The position numbers and the translations under genes were made by a program. Positions 26,815 to 39,173 of a stretch of DNA of 64,000 nucleotides are shown one piece after another. The stretch comes from Guillardia theta CCMP2712. Its lineage: Eukaryota; Protista; Cryptophyta. Within the stretch, counting starts at the first letter, position 1. Each line of letters starts with the position of its first letter. Under the pieces are notes generated by a model, which worked only from the letters and a program-made list of their open reading frames with translations, was not told the DNA's origin and searched no databases. The stretch covers positions 128,212-192,211 of the forward strand of contig NW_005434643.1 of the NCBI RefSeq assembly GCF_000315625.1, in the 5' to 3' direction.

Positions 26815-27280
26815 CTGTCATGGCTCGTGCACAGAAGAAGTTGTCATTTGCTGTAGGAGCTGGAACCGTTCGCGTCTACATTGACCTTGGGACATTCCTG
26901 TTACGGTCGCTTGCTCGCCTGACGGACCTTGAGACAAGGTGTACCCTAAAGGCTCTGATGTCCGAGGCCGATGGCACGTACCGGACCTGGGCTCGCGAGG
27001 AGCTAACTGCAAGCAGCAGCAACACCAGCACTGATGGGCTCTTGCAGGATGATGCGTTTTTTGCGCTTTCTGTGCTGGCTGGAGGATTGCTCGGCGAACA
27101 AGGAAACGGCAGCGCTGGATGGTCTCTCGGCCTCGCAAGACGTCTCAGGTGATCCGACTTGTAAACGCACGTGGTCCAGGATCTTTCGTCAACTCAAGGC
27201 CTTCCTGTCCTTCGCTGCCATCATCGCAGGTGCTCGCTGGCCGCATGATGGTGCGGGGATCTGGTCCTGCGCGCAACGGA
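26815..27280 (+). mobile_element. dispersed repeat family, copy 2
   Basis: Shares GTCTCTCGGCCTCGCA.GACGTCTCAGGTGATCCGACTTGTAAACGCACGTGGTCCAGGATCTTTCGTCAACTCAAGGCC with 8810-8890. Confidence 0.8.
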
Positions 27281-27770
27281 CACCATATCTACATGAGATT
27301 GCAAAGAACGAAAGTTTTACTCAAGCGTGTCATCCCTGCAGCCCCACTAACTCCTGTCAAGTAAGCCCAGCACGAGACCGAGTCGGAGAAAGGTCGAGAC
27401 CCACGCTGATTCGCAGTGACCCCACCCTAACGGCTCCGAGACTCAGCCGCATGTAAGCCATTCTGAATTCATGGCTCGGAGCGGCCTCAATTCCAAAACC
27501 ATGCTAAAAATACTGCAGCTTCTAGTGTAAAGAAACACTCATACGCACCGTTCCGTCCTCGGAGTTCTCATTGCTGACATTGCTGACAGCCTCTTCCCTC
27601 CCTCCTCTCATCAAATAGCTTCCAGGCAGTAAACGCTCTCACCTCCTTCCCCCCTGCTCCCCTTGCCAGTCCCTGGGGCACTGCCGCAGCCACCCCCCCC
27701 CCCCCCCCTCCACCCTCCTCCGTGCCTCTTACGGCCTCACGTCTCCTCTTCCACAACGTCTTCTCGTATC

Positions 27771-28460
27771 ATGTGCAATCCCTTCTGCTTCTCACCGGCC
27801 CCTTCTGTGGACGATGCGGTCGCCGACCTGGCGATGTCTGACAACAGCCTCCTGGACTCGTTTCGAGCATACCTGCAGGACGAGGAGGCATGGGAGCTAT
27901 CCATCAAGAGCGCTGACAGCCTGGATCAGGTTGACTCCTCTCACACTAGCCCCAACCAAGACTCTCACCTCTTCTTTCCAACCTGCCCCGATCGCAGTTG
28001 GACGGAGGCGACCTGCATGGCTCCGGAGGTTGAGGGCCCTGTATCGTACGCACAGTCGCTGCTGGACTCAAGTGCAGCGTCTCCGTCTGTGTACAACAGT
28101 GCTTCTCAGTCAGGCTCCTCCCATTATGCTTCCTCCGAGTCCCAGGCGAGCCATCACCCAGCTGATGTGCTCGGCCAGCCGAGTCAATCACGGAACGAGC
28201 TGAAAACGTACTGCCATCGGCTTGAGAAAGCGATCTTCAACTCCAGCCAGTGGTCTCCCGACGAGGAGGCCAGGTTCCTCGAGGCCCTCGCCATGTTCTC
28301 CGACGCCGACCGCCGGGTGCGGCCGGATGGGAGGAGGTCTGTGGGTCTGGGTCTGGGGGTAGCGAGGAAGATCTCGGAGTATATAGGGACGCGGTCGGAG
28401 GGGCAAGTGCGGTCACACGCGCAGAAGCACTTCCTGCGGCAGGAGAGAAAGAATCAGTGA
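27771..28460 (+). CDS. single-repeat MYB (SHAQKY-class, SHAQKHF) transcription factor
   Basis: QWSPDEEARFLEAL...IGTRSEGQVRSHAQKHF; intronless; ATG at 27771. Confidence 0.92.
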   Translation: MCNPFCFSPAPSVDDAVADLAMSDNSLLDSFRAYLQDEEAWELSIKSADSLDQVDSSHTSPNQDSHLFFPTCPDRSWTEATCMAPEVEGPVSYAQSLLDSSAASPSVYNSASQSGSSHYASSESQASHHPADVLGQPSQSRNELKTYCHRLEKAIFNSSQWSPDEEARFLEALAMFSDADRRVRPDGRRSVGLGLGVARKISEYIGTRSEGQVRSHAQKHFLRQERKNQ

Positions 28461-28567
28461 AGCGAGGGATGTTTTGATGTGTCGATTGTTTAATGTACAG
28501 CATAGAGAGTAAAGACAATACTATTCATGTTAACGAGAAATCTCTTCTGTGCCGTTCAGCTGATGAT

Positions 28568-28660
28568 ATGGGATATCATCAACAAATATGGGATAACTTC
28601 AACAAATACTACATGGGATAACGTCAACAAATATTACATGGGATAACGTCAACGAATATT
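28568..28660. repeat. short tandem repeat (ATGGGATAACGTCAACAAATATTAC-like, ~4 imperfect copies)
   Basis: Direct copies in the spacer of the inverted duplication. Confidence 0.8.
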
Positions 28661-28789
28661 GAAGTGTATTTCTGGTTCTCAAAGTTATCAATCAGACTTC
28701 ATCAAAATGGGATGAAAGGTAGTTGCGGAAAATTGACAGTACAAGTAACCAGATCATCATTTTAATCAACAACAATCAAAAAGTAACCA

Positions 28790-29494
28790 TCACATCCTAG
28801 CTGAACTGCGATTCTTTCTCTCCTGCCGCAGGAAGTGCTTCTGCGCGTGTGACCGCACTTGCCCCTCCGACCGCGTCCCTATATACTCCGAGATCTTCCT
28901 CGCTACCCCCAGACCCAGACCCACAGACCTCCTCCCATCCGGCCGCACCCGGCGGTCGGCGTCGGAGAACATGGCGAGGGCCTCGAGGAACCTGGCCTCC
29001 TCGTCGGGAGACCACTGGCTGGAGTTGAAGATCGCTTTCTCAAGCCGATGGCAGTACGTTTTCAGCTCGTTCCGTGACTGACTCGGCTGGCCGAGCACAT
29101 CAGCTGGGTGATGGCTCGCCTGGGACTCGGAGGAAGCATAATGGGAGGAGCCTGACTGAGAAGCACTGTTGTACACAGACGGAGACGCTGCACTTGAGTC
29201 CAGCAGCGACTGTGCGTACGATACAGGGCCCTCAACCTCCGGAGCCATGCAGGTCGCCTCCGTCCAACTGCGATCGGGGCAGGTTGGAAAGAAGAGGTGA
29301 GAGTCTTGGTTGGGGCTAGTGTGAGAGGAGTCAACCTGATCCAGGCTGTCAGCGCTCTTGATGGATAGCTCCCATGCCTCCTCGTCCTGCAGGTATGCTC
29401 GAAACGAGTCCAGGAGGCTGTTGTCAGACATCGCCAGGTCGGCGACCGCATCGTCCACAGAAGGGGCCGGTGAGAAGCAGAAGGGATTACACAT
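28790..29494 (-). CDS. single-repeat MYB transcription factor, inverted copy
   Basis: Protein is identical to 27771-28460 except the last few residues (KNRSSARM vs KNQ). Confidence 0.92.
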   Translation of the reverse strand: MCNPFCFSPAPSVDDAVADLAMSDNSLLDSFRAYLQDEEAWELSIKSADSLDQVDSSHTSPNQDSHLFFPTCPDRSWTEATCMAPEVEGPVSYAQSLLDSSAASPSVYNSASQSGSSHYASSESQASHHPADVLGQPSQSRNELKTYCHRLEKAIFNSSQWSPDEEARFLEALAMFSDADRRVRPDGRRSVGLGLGVARKISEYIGTRSEGQVRSHAQKHFLRQERKNRSSARM

Positions 29495-29824
29495 GATACG
29501 AGAAGACGTTGTGGAAGAGGAGACGTGAGGCCGTAAGAGGCACGGAGGAGGGTGGAGGGGGGGGGGGGGGGTTGGCTGCGGCAGTGCGCCAGGGACTGGC
29601 AAGGGGAGCAGGGGGGAAGGAGGTGAGAGCGTTTACTGCCTGGAAGCTATTTGATGAGAGGAGGGAGGGAAGAGGCTGTCAGCAATGTCAGCAATGAGAA
29701 CTCCGAGGACGGAACGGTGCGTATGAGTGTTTCTTTACACTAGAAGCTGCAGTATTTTTAGCATGGTTTTGGAATTGAGGCCGCTCCGAGCCATGAATTC
29801 AGAATGGCTTACATACGGCTGAGG

Positions 29825-30370
29825 GCGGAGCCGTTGGCGGCTGGGGTCACTGTGACTCGAGTGACTTAACTTTGAGTAAAGAGACTTGAATCCGGCGACA
29901 TGCACACTGTGAGTAAAGGCACACTGTCCGACAGTGACTTTCAGCACTGAACTTGTATGAGGATGACTCAGCTAATGGGCCAGGATTTGCTACCGGCGGG
30001 GCCGGCGGCGGGCCCCAGTGGGCCCGGTGACCGCCGGCAGCGCGCCGGGGCCCGGGGGGGCCTCAGTACGCCGGTCACCGGCAGGCCGGGCTCCCGGATC
30101 TGAGTTGCGGCCGGGCCCGGGCGGCCGCACCGCCGGGCCGGGCCGCGCGCCCCTGCACGGTCAACGTACCGTACTACTGCCGGAGGCTCCGAGAAGCCTG
30201 CCAGCGTCAGGTCCGGCCGTCGGCGCGGCCGCGCCCGGCGCCGGCGGCGCCGGCCCCCGCGGCTCGGTACCGTGTACGGTACGGTCCGACCGTCCGACCG
30301 TCCGACGACGGCCCGGCCGGCCCGCCGGGCCGCCCGGCCGCCGGCCCCCGGAGTGACTCGGCCGAAACAA
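29825..30370. promoter_or_regulatory. GC-rich island between divergent MYB genes, motif copy at 29864-29881 (minus)
   Basis: Composition and motif; function inferred. Confidence 0.4.
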
Positions 30371-30811
30371 CGTTTCACATGGAAGAGTCAGAGTTATCAT
30401 TACCGCCCAGGAATGGAGGCCATGCTGACATACAGGAAATGTCCAAAGACTTCTACGACCTCTCTAATTCCCCTGCTGACAACTCTTTCCCTGCGATATA
30501 AGGCCGTTCGTTTGCTGTCCACGCCCAGGGATACTGCCCAGGGATACGCTGGCAACCTCTTCAATCTCCACAGCAACCTTGCCCACCCTACCTTGACTCT
30601 TCTCGTCCTTCTACTTTCTATCGTCTGAACCATCTATCTGTGGTTTGTTCTCGTCGTCGCAGTGAACCCCCCCTTGCCCCTCACGTCTCGCTCTACCAAG
30701 ATGCCCACTTGCTCCATCGTGTTCCGAAAGTGATCCAGCTGACAAAAGCAAACCATCATCTACACCATCACATCCGAGGGACATTTTTTGTAGGAAGCAA
30801 TCGTTTCTTCT

Positions 30812-31459
30812 ATGCAGAACAACGTGAGCCGTGAAATGCTCTCTGTTTCACTCACTTCAGCCATCAGTGTGGACGACGCTGTAGCCGAACTGTTCCTCTC
30901 AGACGGAGCCTCATCGCATTCTTTCGAAACTTTCCTCAAAGCTGAGCAGGAATGGTTTCTTCATGAGGCTTTTCTTGGTTGCACTTGCACAACAAGACAT
31001 TGCCAGGTGGCAGATCCTTTATTATGCCCATGGGCGGAGCAACCGTGCTCGGAGACTGGCGCCCAGCTATGCATGGAGGGCAGAACTGGAGTCTCTTACG
31101 CCCGATCACTCTTGCAGTCAGATAGTCAAATCTACTCACTACAAAATCACCATCAGAGCAGCAGCAGCATGCCTGTTTCATCTCTTGCAATGTACAACCG
31201 ACAGCTTGAGAAAGCGATCTTCAACTCCAGCCAGTGGTCTCCCGACGAGGAGGCCAGGTTCCTCGAGGCCCTCGCCATGTTCTCCGACGCCGACCGCCGG
31301 GTGCGGCCGGATGGGAGGAGGTCTGTGGGTCTGGGTCTGGGGGTAGCGAGGAAGATCTCGGAGTATATAGGGACGCGGTCGGAGGAGCAAGTGCGGTCAC
31401 ACGCGCAGAAGCACTTCCTGCGGCAGGAGAGGATGATTCAGAGTCATGCGTCAGACTAG
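30812..31459 (+). CDS. single-repeat MYB transcription factor, third paralog
   Basis: Same MYB domain (SHAQKHF) with a divergent N-terminal half. Confidence 0.9.
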   Translation: MQNNVSREMLSVSLTSAISVDDAVAELFLSDGASSHSFETFLKAEQEWFLHEAFLGCTCTTRHCQVADPLLCPWAEQPCSETGAQLCMEGRTGVSYARSLLQSDSQIYSLQNHHQSSSSMPVSSLAMYNRQLEKAIFNSSQWSPDEEARFLEALAMFSDADRRVRPDGRRSVGLGLGVARKISEYIGTRSEEQVRSHAQKHFLRQERMIQSHASD

Positions 31460-32310
31460 TATCCTGTACATGTTGCTGAATGAATTCATGAATTTACTTC
31501 TTACTGCCTGTAGTCACAGGATACTGCTGTAGTATTGATAACATTACATTGATCAACGTGGCCAATTAGTGGAGTCTGACAAACGCACCCTAAATTTGTC
31601 GGTGTTAGCCAAATGCGAAGCATACCAACAGGGCGTTCACGCGGTGTGGAACATGCTCGTCCGACCTCCTTCTCGTGTACCTTGGCCTCTCCATCTGACT
31701 GACAACAGGATGTCAACTCACATCCTTCCAGAATAGACTCCTACCAGCATGCACGCCGCGCCAAGAGCGTACCCCTCTTTATTATTGGTTCGTGTCGCTC
31801 GTTGAACATCACTGAAACAGCAATATTTTGATGATGAGTGCTTCCCTGTTGTGTGCTCAATGATGACAATGGATCTGAGATTCTATGTGACATCATTTAC
31901 TTGAACACATGGTTACATACAGCACCTTTTCGCAGTAACATACATAGGTTAGAGAACTAGCAGAGGAAAAGCGGAAATTCCAACGGGCAAACGTCGCTGC
32001 ATTCTGAGAATCAGTGTGTCAATTGCTCTTTGGAAAAGGTGCATTGGAGCTGCAAATCCTGAATGGAAGATCCAGACATCGCGGGCATTCGCTTCAAGTG
32101 AGGAAGTTCGAGGAAGTTCATGCAATAAAAGACTTCATTTTTTACCGTTTCATGTTGTTGATGTTCTCCATGACAGCATCAGGCATACTACATGAGAGAA
32201 CCATGCAATAAACGTGATGCTGGAATCTCATACAAGTGCAGCATGACCTCTGCCTGCCCCAGGACTAGGATGAAGTGCTGAGGGGGGCTCGATCCGGTCG
32301 CCATGATGTG

Positions 32311-35300
32311 ATGAAGCGCTGGCTATGGCTGCTGTTGCTCCTCTGCTCTCAGCATGCTCACTCGACGGCGCACGAGGAGGGAGAGGAGGCATGGAACTGT
32401 CTGTTCGTCAACCTAGTGTCTCAGACCAATGTCTACTCCGTCGACAGAGCCATCTCTGTCCATGTGGACATGCTTGAAGTCGGGGATGAGGCGGCGGTCG
32501 ACATCCTCAGTGCAGCCTGGGCGGTTGTGAGGTCGGAGGAGGAGACAAGTGATGCTGGAGACGCATACTTGTCGTCTCCCAGCGATCCTGTCCCTGTCGG
32601 TCATGGAAGTTTCTTGTTTCATTTCCTACCCGACGAGCTAGTCTCTGTGTTGGAGGTCGACAGAGAGTGGGGATGGCGAAGGCTGACGATCGAGAGGAGG
32701 TGGGAAGGAGGAGAGCTGAGATGTCAAGACGACGTGGTCGTGCGACTTCACAGTCACGGAGAGACAGCGGCAACATACACCTTCGAGTCACCTTCCCCGC
32801 TGCACACGCCACGGATTGTACATTTCATTCACCTGCAACTGGAACCTCGACCCCGCAACACCGCCCGGTGCGACGAGCTGCTCTCGCTCTCGGTTCGATC
32901 GACTGTCAATCACATCCAACCAGAGCGAATCTACCTGCACACCAACGACATGGACTTGTTGCGAGGATGTGTGGACATCCAGCACCACGTCACTGTCGTG
33001 AAGGCAGCGATCCCAAGGCGAGTGTTTGGAAACCGCGTCGACTGGTACCAACACCAGGCAGACATCATCAGACTCCATGCTCTTCGCAAGTGGGGGGGAG
33101 TGTACCTTGACACGGACGTGCTCGTCCTGCGGGACCTCGGGTTCTTGCTGTCCTCCAACATGTTCGTGGTAGGGGAGCAGTCAGGAGGAGGGATCTGTAA
33201 CGGGCTCATCGTCAGCCCCCGGCTGCATCCTTTCCTGCTGAGGTGGATCGCACAGTACATCTCCTTCGAGGAGGGGACGATGGGGCTGCACGCCTCGTAC
33301 CTCCCGATGATGATGGCGCGGCAAGCTCTGTCTCCCGCCGTCATGGTGATCTCCCCAGCCCATATGCACTGGCCCTCTTACCACCCACACGCTATCACCA
33401 CAGTGTGGCTCGGGAACTGGTTCTGTGCCCAGGAAAACCTGGTCTTACATATCTGGGGCTCTCGGTCGAGCCATGTGAGGAGGAGCGTCTTGGCCGGGCG
33501 GGGAGACGGAGGGAACGAGACGAGAAGGTCAGTGGACGGTGCGATGAAGACTGCTCTTGCTCCATCCTCTCAGCTGGAGGAATGCGATCATCTCATGCAT
33601 CCTCTGAGCCCGCAGCCCGGCTCAGACGAGGTACTGGCGTTCTGGCCTCTCACGGGAGGAGGGAGGTTTCTCCGAGAAGCATCGAGTGAGAAGCTCGAGG
33701 GAAGGGTTTACTCGCTTGAGGAGGAGGAGGAAGGAAAGGAGGAAGACAAGTCTCTGTTCTCGCGAGGTACATCCGGTGACAACTCGTTGGGGCTAGCGCT
33801 GGACAAGTCAAGGTTCGCCTTCCTTCCGTTCGCCGGCATCTTCAACACGAACCAGGCAAGTGCGATTTGCCGTTGCTGCTGTTGCTGCTACTGCTGCTTC
33901 TGCTGCTGCTTCTGCTGCTGCTGCTTTTGTGATCACTTCCTATCCAGCTCACCATCACGTGGAGCTGCAAGATCGATTGTCTATCGCGAGGCTCGTCCTG
34001 TGAGGAGCAGGTCGTCTGGTCGATGCACACGCTCAAGGATCGCAAACTCTACATGATGATCTCCTCCGATGGGAGCGGGCGGGTGGTGGCTGAACTGTTC
34101 CTCACCTCCGAAAGATTCTCCCACATCCTCGCTCAGGCGTTTCTCCCCGCTTCCCACCATGGCTGGCTGAGATTCACCGTCTCCCTCTCAGACAGCGAAC
34201 CCTGCAGGTTCCGCATCGAGAACACTACACATCACCTGCAGGCAGATGCCTCGGCCGGACATGCTATGTGCTCCTACAGCTCGCCGATCGCAGGCGTCTT
34301 CCTGTTCCACTGCGACAACGACGACGAGGGCTTGCTGTCCTCGTCGAACTGCTCTCACGTCTACAGCACCCTAGCAGAGGCAGTCACGATCTGCAACCGT
34401 CGGCCATCGTGCCATGGGGTCACCCTTGTCAAGGGGAAGGGGTTCGAGTTGAGGTCTAGCAGCAGCAGGGGGGTCTCAACTTCCGAGATCTCCTGGGTCA
34501 AGGAGTCCTGCCCTCCCCACCTCGCTGTCACCGACCCCAGCAGGTGCAGCAGCTTCTTCATGGTCGAGGATCAGCTCCTGTGCATGAGGAACGGCTCCTA
34601 CCAGCCCCTCCGTTGGACCTCGGGGTGCCGGCGGCGGAAGCTGGTGATTCCGAACAAGGTGTCGAGCGCTAAGGAGATGAACTATGCCGAGCACGGCGAG
34701 CTGCTGCTGAACATGCAGGGGTGCAGCCACGACGGGTGGATCTTCTCCAAGGATGCGGCCAACGGCATCTGGCTGGGATCGTTGGACGGAAGGGGAGGAA
34801 GGTCGTTGGAGGGTGTTATCCGAGATTTTACGATCATGAACAAGTTCTGGGAAGGAGAGGAGAGGCTGCAGCCGCATCGTCTGCAGGAGAAGCGAGCAGA
34901 GAGGGTCCGGCAGTTGTCGAGGACCATGAACCTCTGCATCAGCGAAGCTCTGTCTTGCTCTGAGGGGACGAGGAGGATGCTCCAGCGTGCTGATGGTGAC
35001 AGAGTCACAGACGAGGATAAGGATGCCTTTCCTTGCAGCGAGGCATGCGCGCAGTCGCTGTCCTCCAACGCTCAGCTGATGTGGTCTGTCTTGCAGCTCA
35101 ACTTCTGTCGCGAGCAGTGGAAGGGAGATGTCAAGCGCTGGGCGTTCGGGCAAGTGAGAGAGGTTCTCAGCGGTCTCACAAGTTGGTGCAAGATGATGGC
35201 AAGGAGAGAGTTTTCCATCTTTCATCTTGCCACAGTCAAGCAGAAACAAGCAGAGCACAGAGGTCTTCATCGCAAGGCCTTTCCACGTGCCAGAGAAGGT

Positions 35301-36663
35301 AAGACGGACACATCTCGACTTGACGGTTTGCAGCATCTGATCTGATCCAATCTTGTAGTACACGTCAAGATCAAGTGGCCGTTGCAGTTCAGCCAACATT
35401 TCAAAGATGACTTCTTCAAAGGCGACTTGCTGTTCTCTCTCCGTCGAGTTAGAGATGAAGACATCGAGGTCGAGGTCTTGTTCGACAACATGATCGTGGG
35501 ATATGCCGAGCCGACGTTCTCCCTGTACGGCAACGATGTCTTCGTGCACTGGCCCTTGTCGAAGCTGCTTGAGTTTGACGTGATAACTTGGGTTGGCTGG
35601 CACTCGCTCGAGGTTCGTGTGAGGTCGCCGCAGGAGGAGTTCCAGTCTCGGTATGACCTCGTGTGGGTCTGCATCGAAGAGAAGACCTCAACGCTGTTCA
35701 CGGTACCTGACGCCATGAAGCACAACCGAGACTTCTTCTCTCTCCCCCGCAACTTGATCCCAACATCCCCTGAGGCCTCTCAGGTCGAGCTGAACATGAT
35801 GCTCTTCTGCTTCGAGGTGAATCCGTTGTACCGGCTGCAAGCAGCTTCTGACTTTTCTCCTCCTCTCAGGAGCTGGGCATCGGCTCAGTCATCGATCTTG
35901 GGTCAGGCAGGTCGGAATGGATGGCGCCGATCGTGACGGCGATGAGGAGGAGCGATCGCTACAGCACGTTCACGCGTCCTACATGGCGCTCAGTAGACTT
36001 TGCGGAGGGTTCGTTTACTCACGGCCCTCCTGCCCTCATCGAGGTGTTCGACTGGACTTCTCAACACGCGGACGTCACCGACGACAGGTGGGCTGGAGCG
36101 ATGGAGTGGCTGAAATCTGATCGGCCCCTCCCTCCAGCTTCGCCTTGCGATGTGCATCAGAGCAGTCAATGATCATTGCAAGATGTCTCTTGGAGGTGCT
36201 ATCCTGCTGTCGTCCCCTCCTTCTCAACCTTGTTGCAGTACTTGTCCATATCGCACGTTCAGGCGGTTCTCTCCAAGATTGCGGCAAGTGGCTGCGGGTG
36301 CCTCTACCTTGTTCTCCCTTGACGCTCCTCTCACCCCCATGGGACATGTTGCAGATATCTCCTGATCACCAGTCATGAGACAAAATCCAACGCTGACTTG
36401 TGAGTTGACATGTCATCTCAAACTACTCACCATCTCCTCACCCTTCCCCCTTGCAGTTTCCTCTCGGACCACCCCTTCTACCGCCCCCTAAACTTCATGC
36501 TCGACCCCTTCCGTCTTCCTCCTCCTCAACGGTACTGCAATCAACTAGCGCGTGTTCCCCTGACTCGAGCACCAGCTCCTTCAAGATTCCCTTGAGTCTT
36601 CTGCCTGATGGGAGCAAGTGGTTCGGGCATCACCCCGTCACCTATCACTTGTTCCGCCTGTGA
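32311..36663 (+). CDS. secreted/luminal GT32 (DXD) glycosyltransferase + LamG-like + class I SAM methyltransferase-like fusion (multi-exon)
   Basis: Signal peptide MKRWLWLLLLLC. GT32 words PRIVHFI and HQADIIRLHALRKWGGVYLDTDV. LamG-like words VLAFWPL and IWLGS...LEGVIRDFTIMNK. After an intron near 35817-35869: ELGIGSVIDLGSG..WM, later MIIARCLLEVL and RPLNFMLDPFRLPPP. Confidence 0.75.
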
Positions 36664-36863
36664 TGTCTGTTGAAGAAGAAGCAATGATTCTTCACCGGAA
36701 GAGTCAGCCAGGAACCTTCAGTCTCCTCCGAGTCTCTGAGAGGCTGCTTTGGATCGCCGCAGGTTCGGCCCGAGTTTGCATGCCTTTACCGTAGTACTCC
36801 TTGATCAGCTGTCTCAGTTTCTCTCCTTGCCGTTTGGCTGTGACGGAGTCACTGCCTGAGTGT

Positions 36864-37180
36864 CAGGGTCAAGCCTCCACTACTCTCCTGATTGTCCTCG
36901 TACTGAACTTTAACTTACCTTTGAGTAAAGGCCCCCGTGGGTGTGCCACGGTGACTGCACTGCAGTGGCACGCCCGCCCGGCGCGCCGCGGCCGGCGGGG
37001 GCCCTGACTAGAGTAACTTGTGACTTACGAAGTAAAGGGCAGCCCCCTGCCCTTCCAGCGGCGTCGGCCCGGGCTGGAGTCTCGGACGCCAGAACTCAGT
37101 GAAGCTTCGGTCGCCGCCGTTCAACGCCGTGCCGGGGCCCGGGGTCAGCCTCCGAGTACGGTCTCAGTGCCGCTCAGTCA
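36864..37180. other. longest copy of the AT-rich motif (36864-36931, minus) plus GC-rich island
   Basis: The reverse complement matches 12144-12214 over about 65 bp. Confidence 0.75.
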
Positions 37181-37293
37181 GCCACCGTGACAGCTACTAT
37201 GATAGGACAGTATCTGAACTTAGGGCAAATCATCTATTACAGCAGGGCAGTGGAGGAAGAAACGAGGGGGGCTCGTTCCCCTAGTCCAAGGAA

Positions 37294-39148
37294 ATGCGGG
37301 TTATGTCAGGGCCGAATGTTGAAGTGAGGACAACGATGAAGACGAGGAGGCGTGTTGTGCGGTCACCATGCTCAGTGTTGAGACTGCTGCTGCTGGCTTG
37401 TATCGCCGACCTTTCCATCGGGTTCTTCTCTTCCTCCTTAGTCATCCTCCCCACGGGAGAGACGCAGAGACTTGGCGGCAGAGGGGAGGAGAGGGTCACT
37501 AGGACCCTCGGAGTTGGCAGGCTAAGCTGCAAGGAGAAAGACTTTATCGATCCCTCGGAGATGGTGAGACAGATGAAGCAATTCCTTGTTGTTGATCCAT
37601 CGCCATCAGGGAAAAGTAGCAACAGGTTTGTGTATTGTGTACAGAAGTCATGTCATCATACCTGAATGCCATGGCAGTGGGAGGAGACAAATCACAGCCC
37701 AACCTCGTTCGACTCCGCCTGGTCGCTCAGCACCTATCTCCAAGATCCAATACTGTGAGAGCGTCGGCTCGATACGGATCCTCTCACCTGATACGGCAGG
37801 TACCGCGACCAGAGGGCGTGCTGCGTCGAATCTTGGATCTGTGGACATCCTTGCCGAGGACCTTGACATTGACGTTAGCACCAGCACCATCATCTCTTTT
37901 CTTCTTCGATCCACCATGATATTCTTGTTGTTCTCCTGTAGCCTCTCGTTGCCACATCAGTTGCATCCTCAACCCACGACCACATCTCCTTGGAGGGCAG
38001 GCAGGGCTGTCTTTGGTGCTCTGAATGGGGTTCACACAGATGGTTGATCTTGCGACCGTGCTCGTAGATGCGCAGGAGCTTTTGATGAAGCTCTTGACTC
38101 TGCAGCGATACCAAACATTGTTTCTGCGGGTAATGTCAATCTTTGATGCCAATCTTTGTGTCCACAACAAAAGCTTACTCCCTGCAACCAGAAAAGCAAG
38201 ACATGCTCTCTCTCTCTCGTTCTTTGCTCCCACTCGTACATCTCGGACATGGTCGTCTTGAAATCGTACACCTTGACGTTTCAACTGAGACACTCTTTCA
38301 GAACAAGGAGTGGAAGGGAGAGGACATAAGTGCGGACGACCTTCGCTATCTTTGCTTCCCGCAGGTGTCCTCGCAATTTGTGTGTTTGGCTGCAGCGAGT
38401 GAAAAGATGGCATCAGAGCATAGGAGGGACCTTAGGAGATCTCATCCTCTCCTACGATAGTGCTTCGTGGATAGCACAGTGATACCCCTCACGATCCCAC
38501 CCTTGACGCCAACTGACGTTTGTGAAGGAAAGAAAACACGGATTTGAATTATCAGTTACGTTGCTCTCTGGTGGATGGAGTCCTTGCGCTGATTGGTGTG
38601 CCATGCCCAGCGCTCGGCTCAGCCCTTGACCTTGTGCGGCAGGAATCTCCGATGAGCATGCTTTCGACGAGGTAAGGAACAAGGTCATGAGGGACATGGG
38701 TTGGAAGAACAGTCAGAAGAAAGATCAGAACCGTTCGGCAGCGCTATCCGAGGACAGATTTGACTTCTCAAGGATGTCGTTTTCGTATGACTGGGATGAA
38801 AACTCTTCTCCTTCAGAAGAGATTGAGAGCCGAAGGTCCAGCAGGTCTGTTCGCGGGTCCAACAGGCAGCAGGCAAGCATGTCGCGGACCTCGTCCTTGC
38901 GAAGGTCAATCGCGGATGACGAAGAGCAAGATGAATCAGAACAAGTGAACTTCTCAGTATTGAAGCAACAGATTGACGATCTTGCTGGTCGACTGAAGAA
39001 GGTGGAAAATCGGGTACGTCGTATATTTGTCATCAAAAAAGATTCCGCTGATGCCGATTTTGTTTTCAAGATGGTCAGGTTAGAAGAAGAAAACAAATTT
39101 CTTAGGAGCAAACTTCTAAGATCAAGTGGAAATGAATCATCGAGATGA
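37294..39148 (+). CDS. hypothetical multi-exon protein with C-terminal coiled coil
   Basis: Chain of exon-sized ORFs ending LKQQIDDLAGRLKKVENR..VRLEEENKFLRSKLL. Confidence 0.45.
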
Positions 39149-39173
39149 GAACGAATAAAATAGCCACAGAAAT

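Larger units (their letters stand above)
27444..29821. repeat. ~1-kb inverted duplication (arms ~27444-28454 and ~28811-29821)
   Basis: The arms are near-identical reverse complements, each with an upstream region and a MYB CDS. Confidence 0.95.

Noticed and set aside
36864-36931. Spliced-leader RNA gene (this copy reads AAAG|GTAAGT on the minus strand)
   Set aside because: Most other copies read AAAGTTAAGT without that donor, and no Sm site is evident. It cannot be supported without 5'-end reads.
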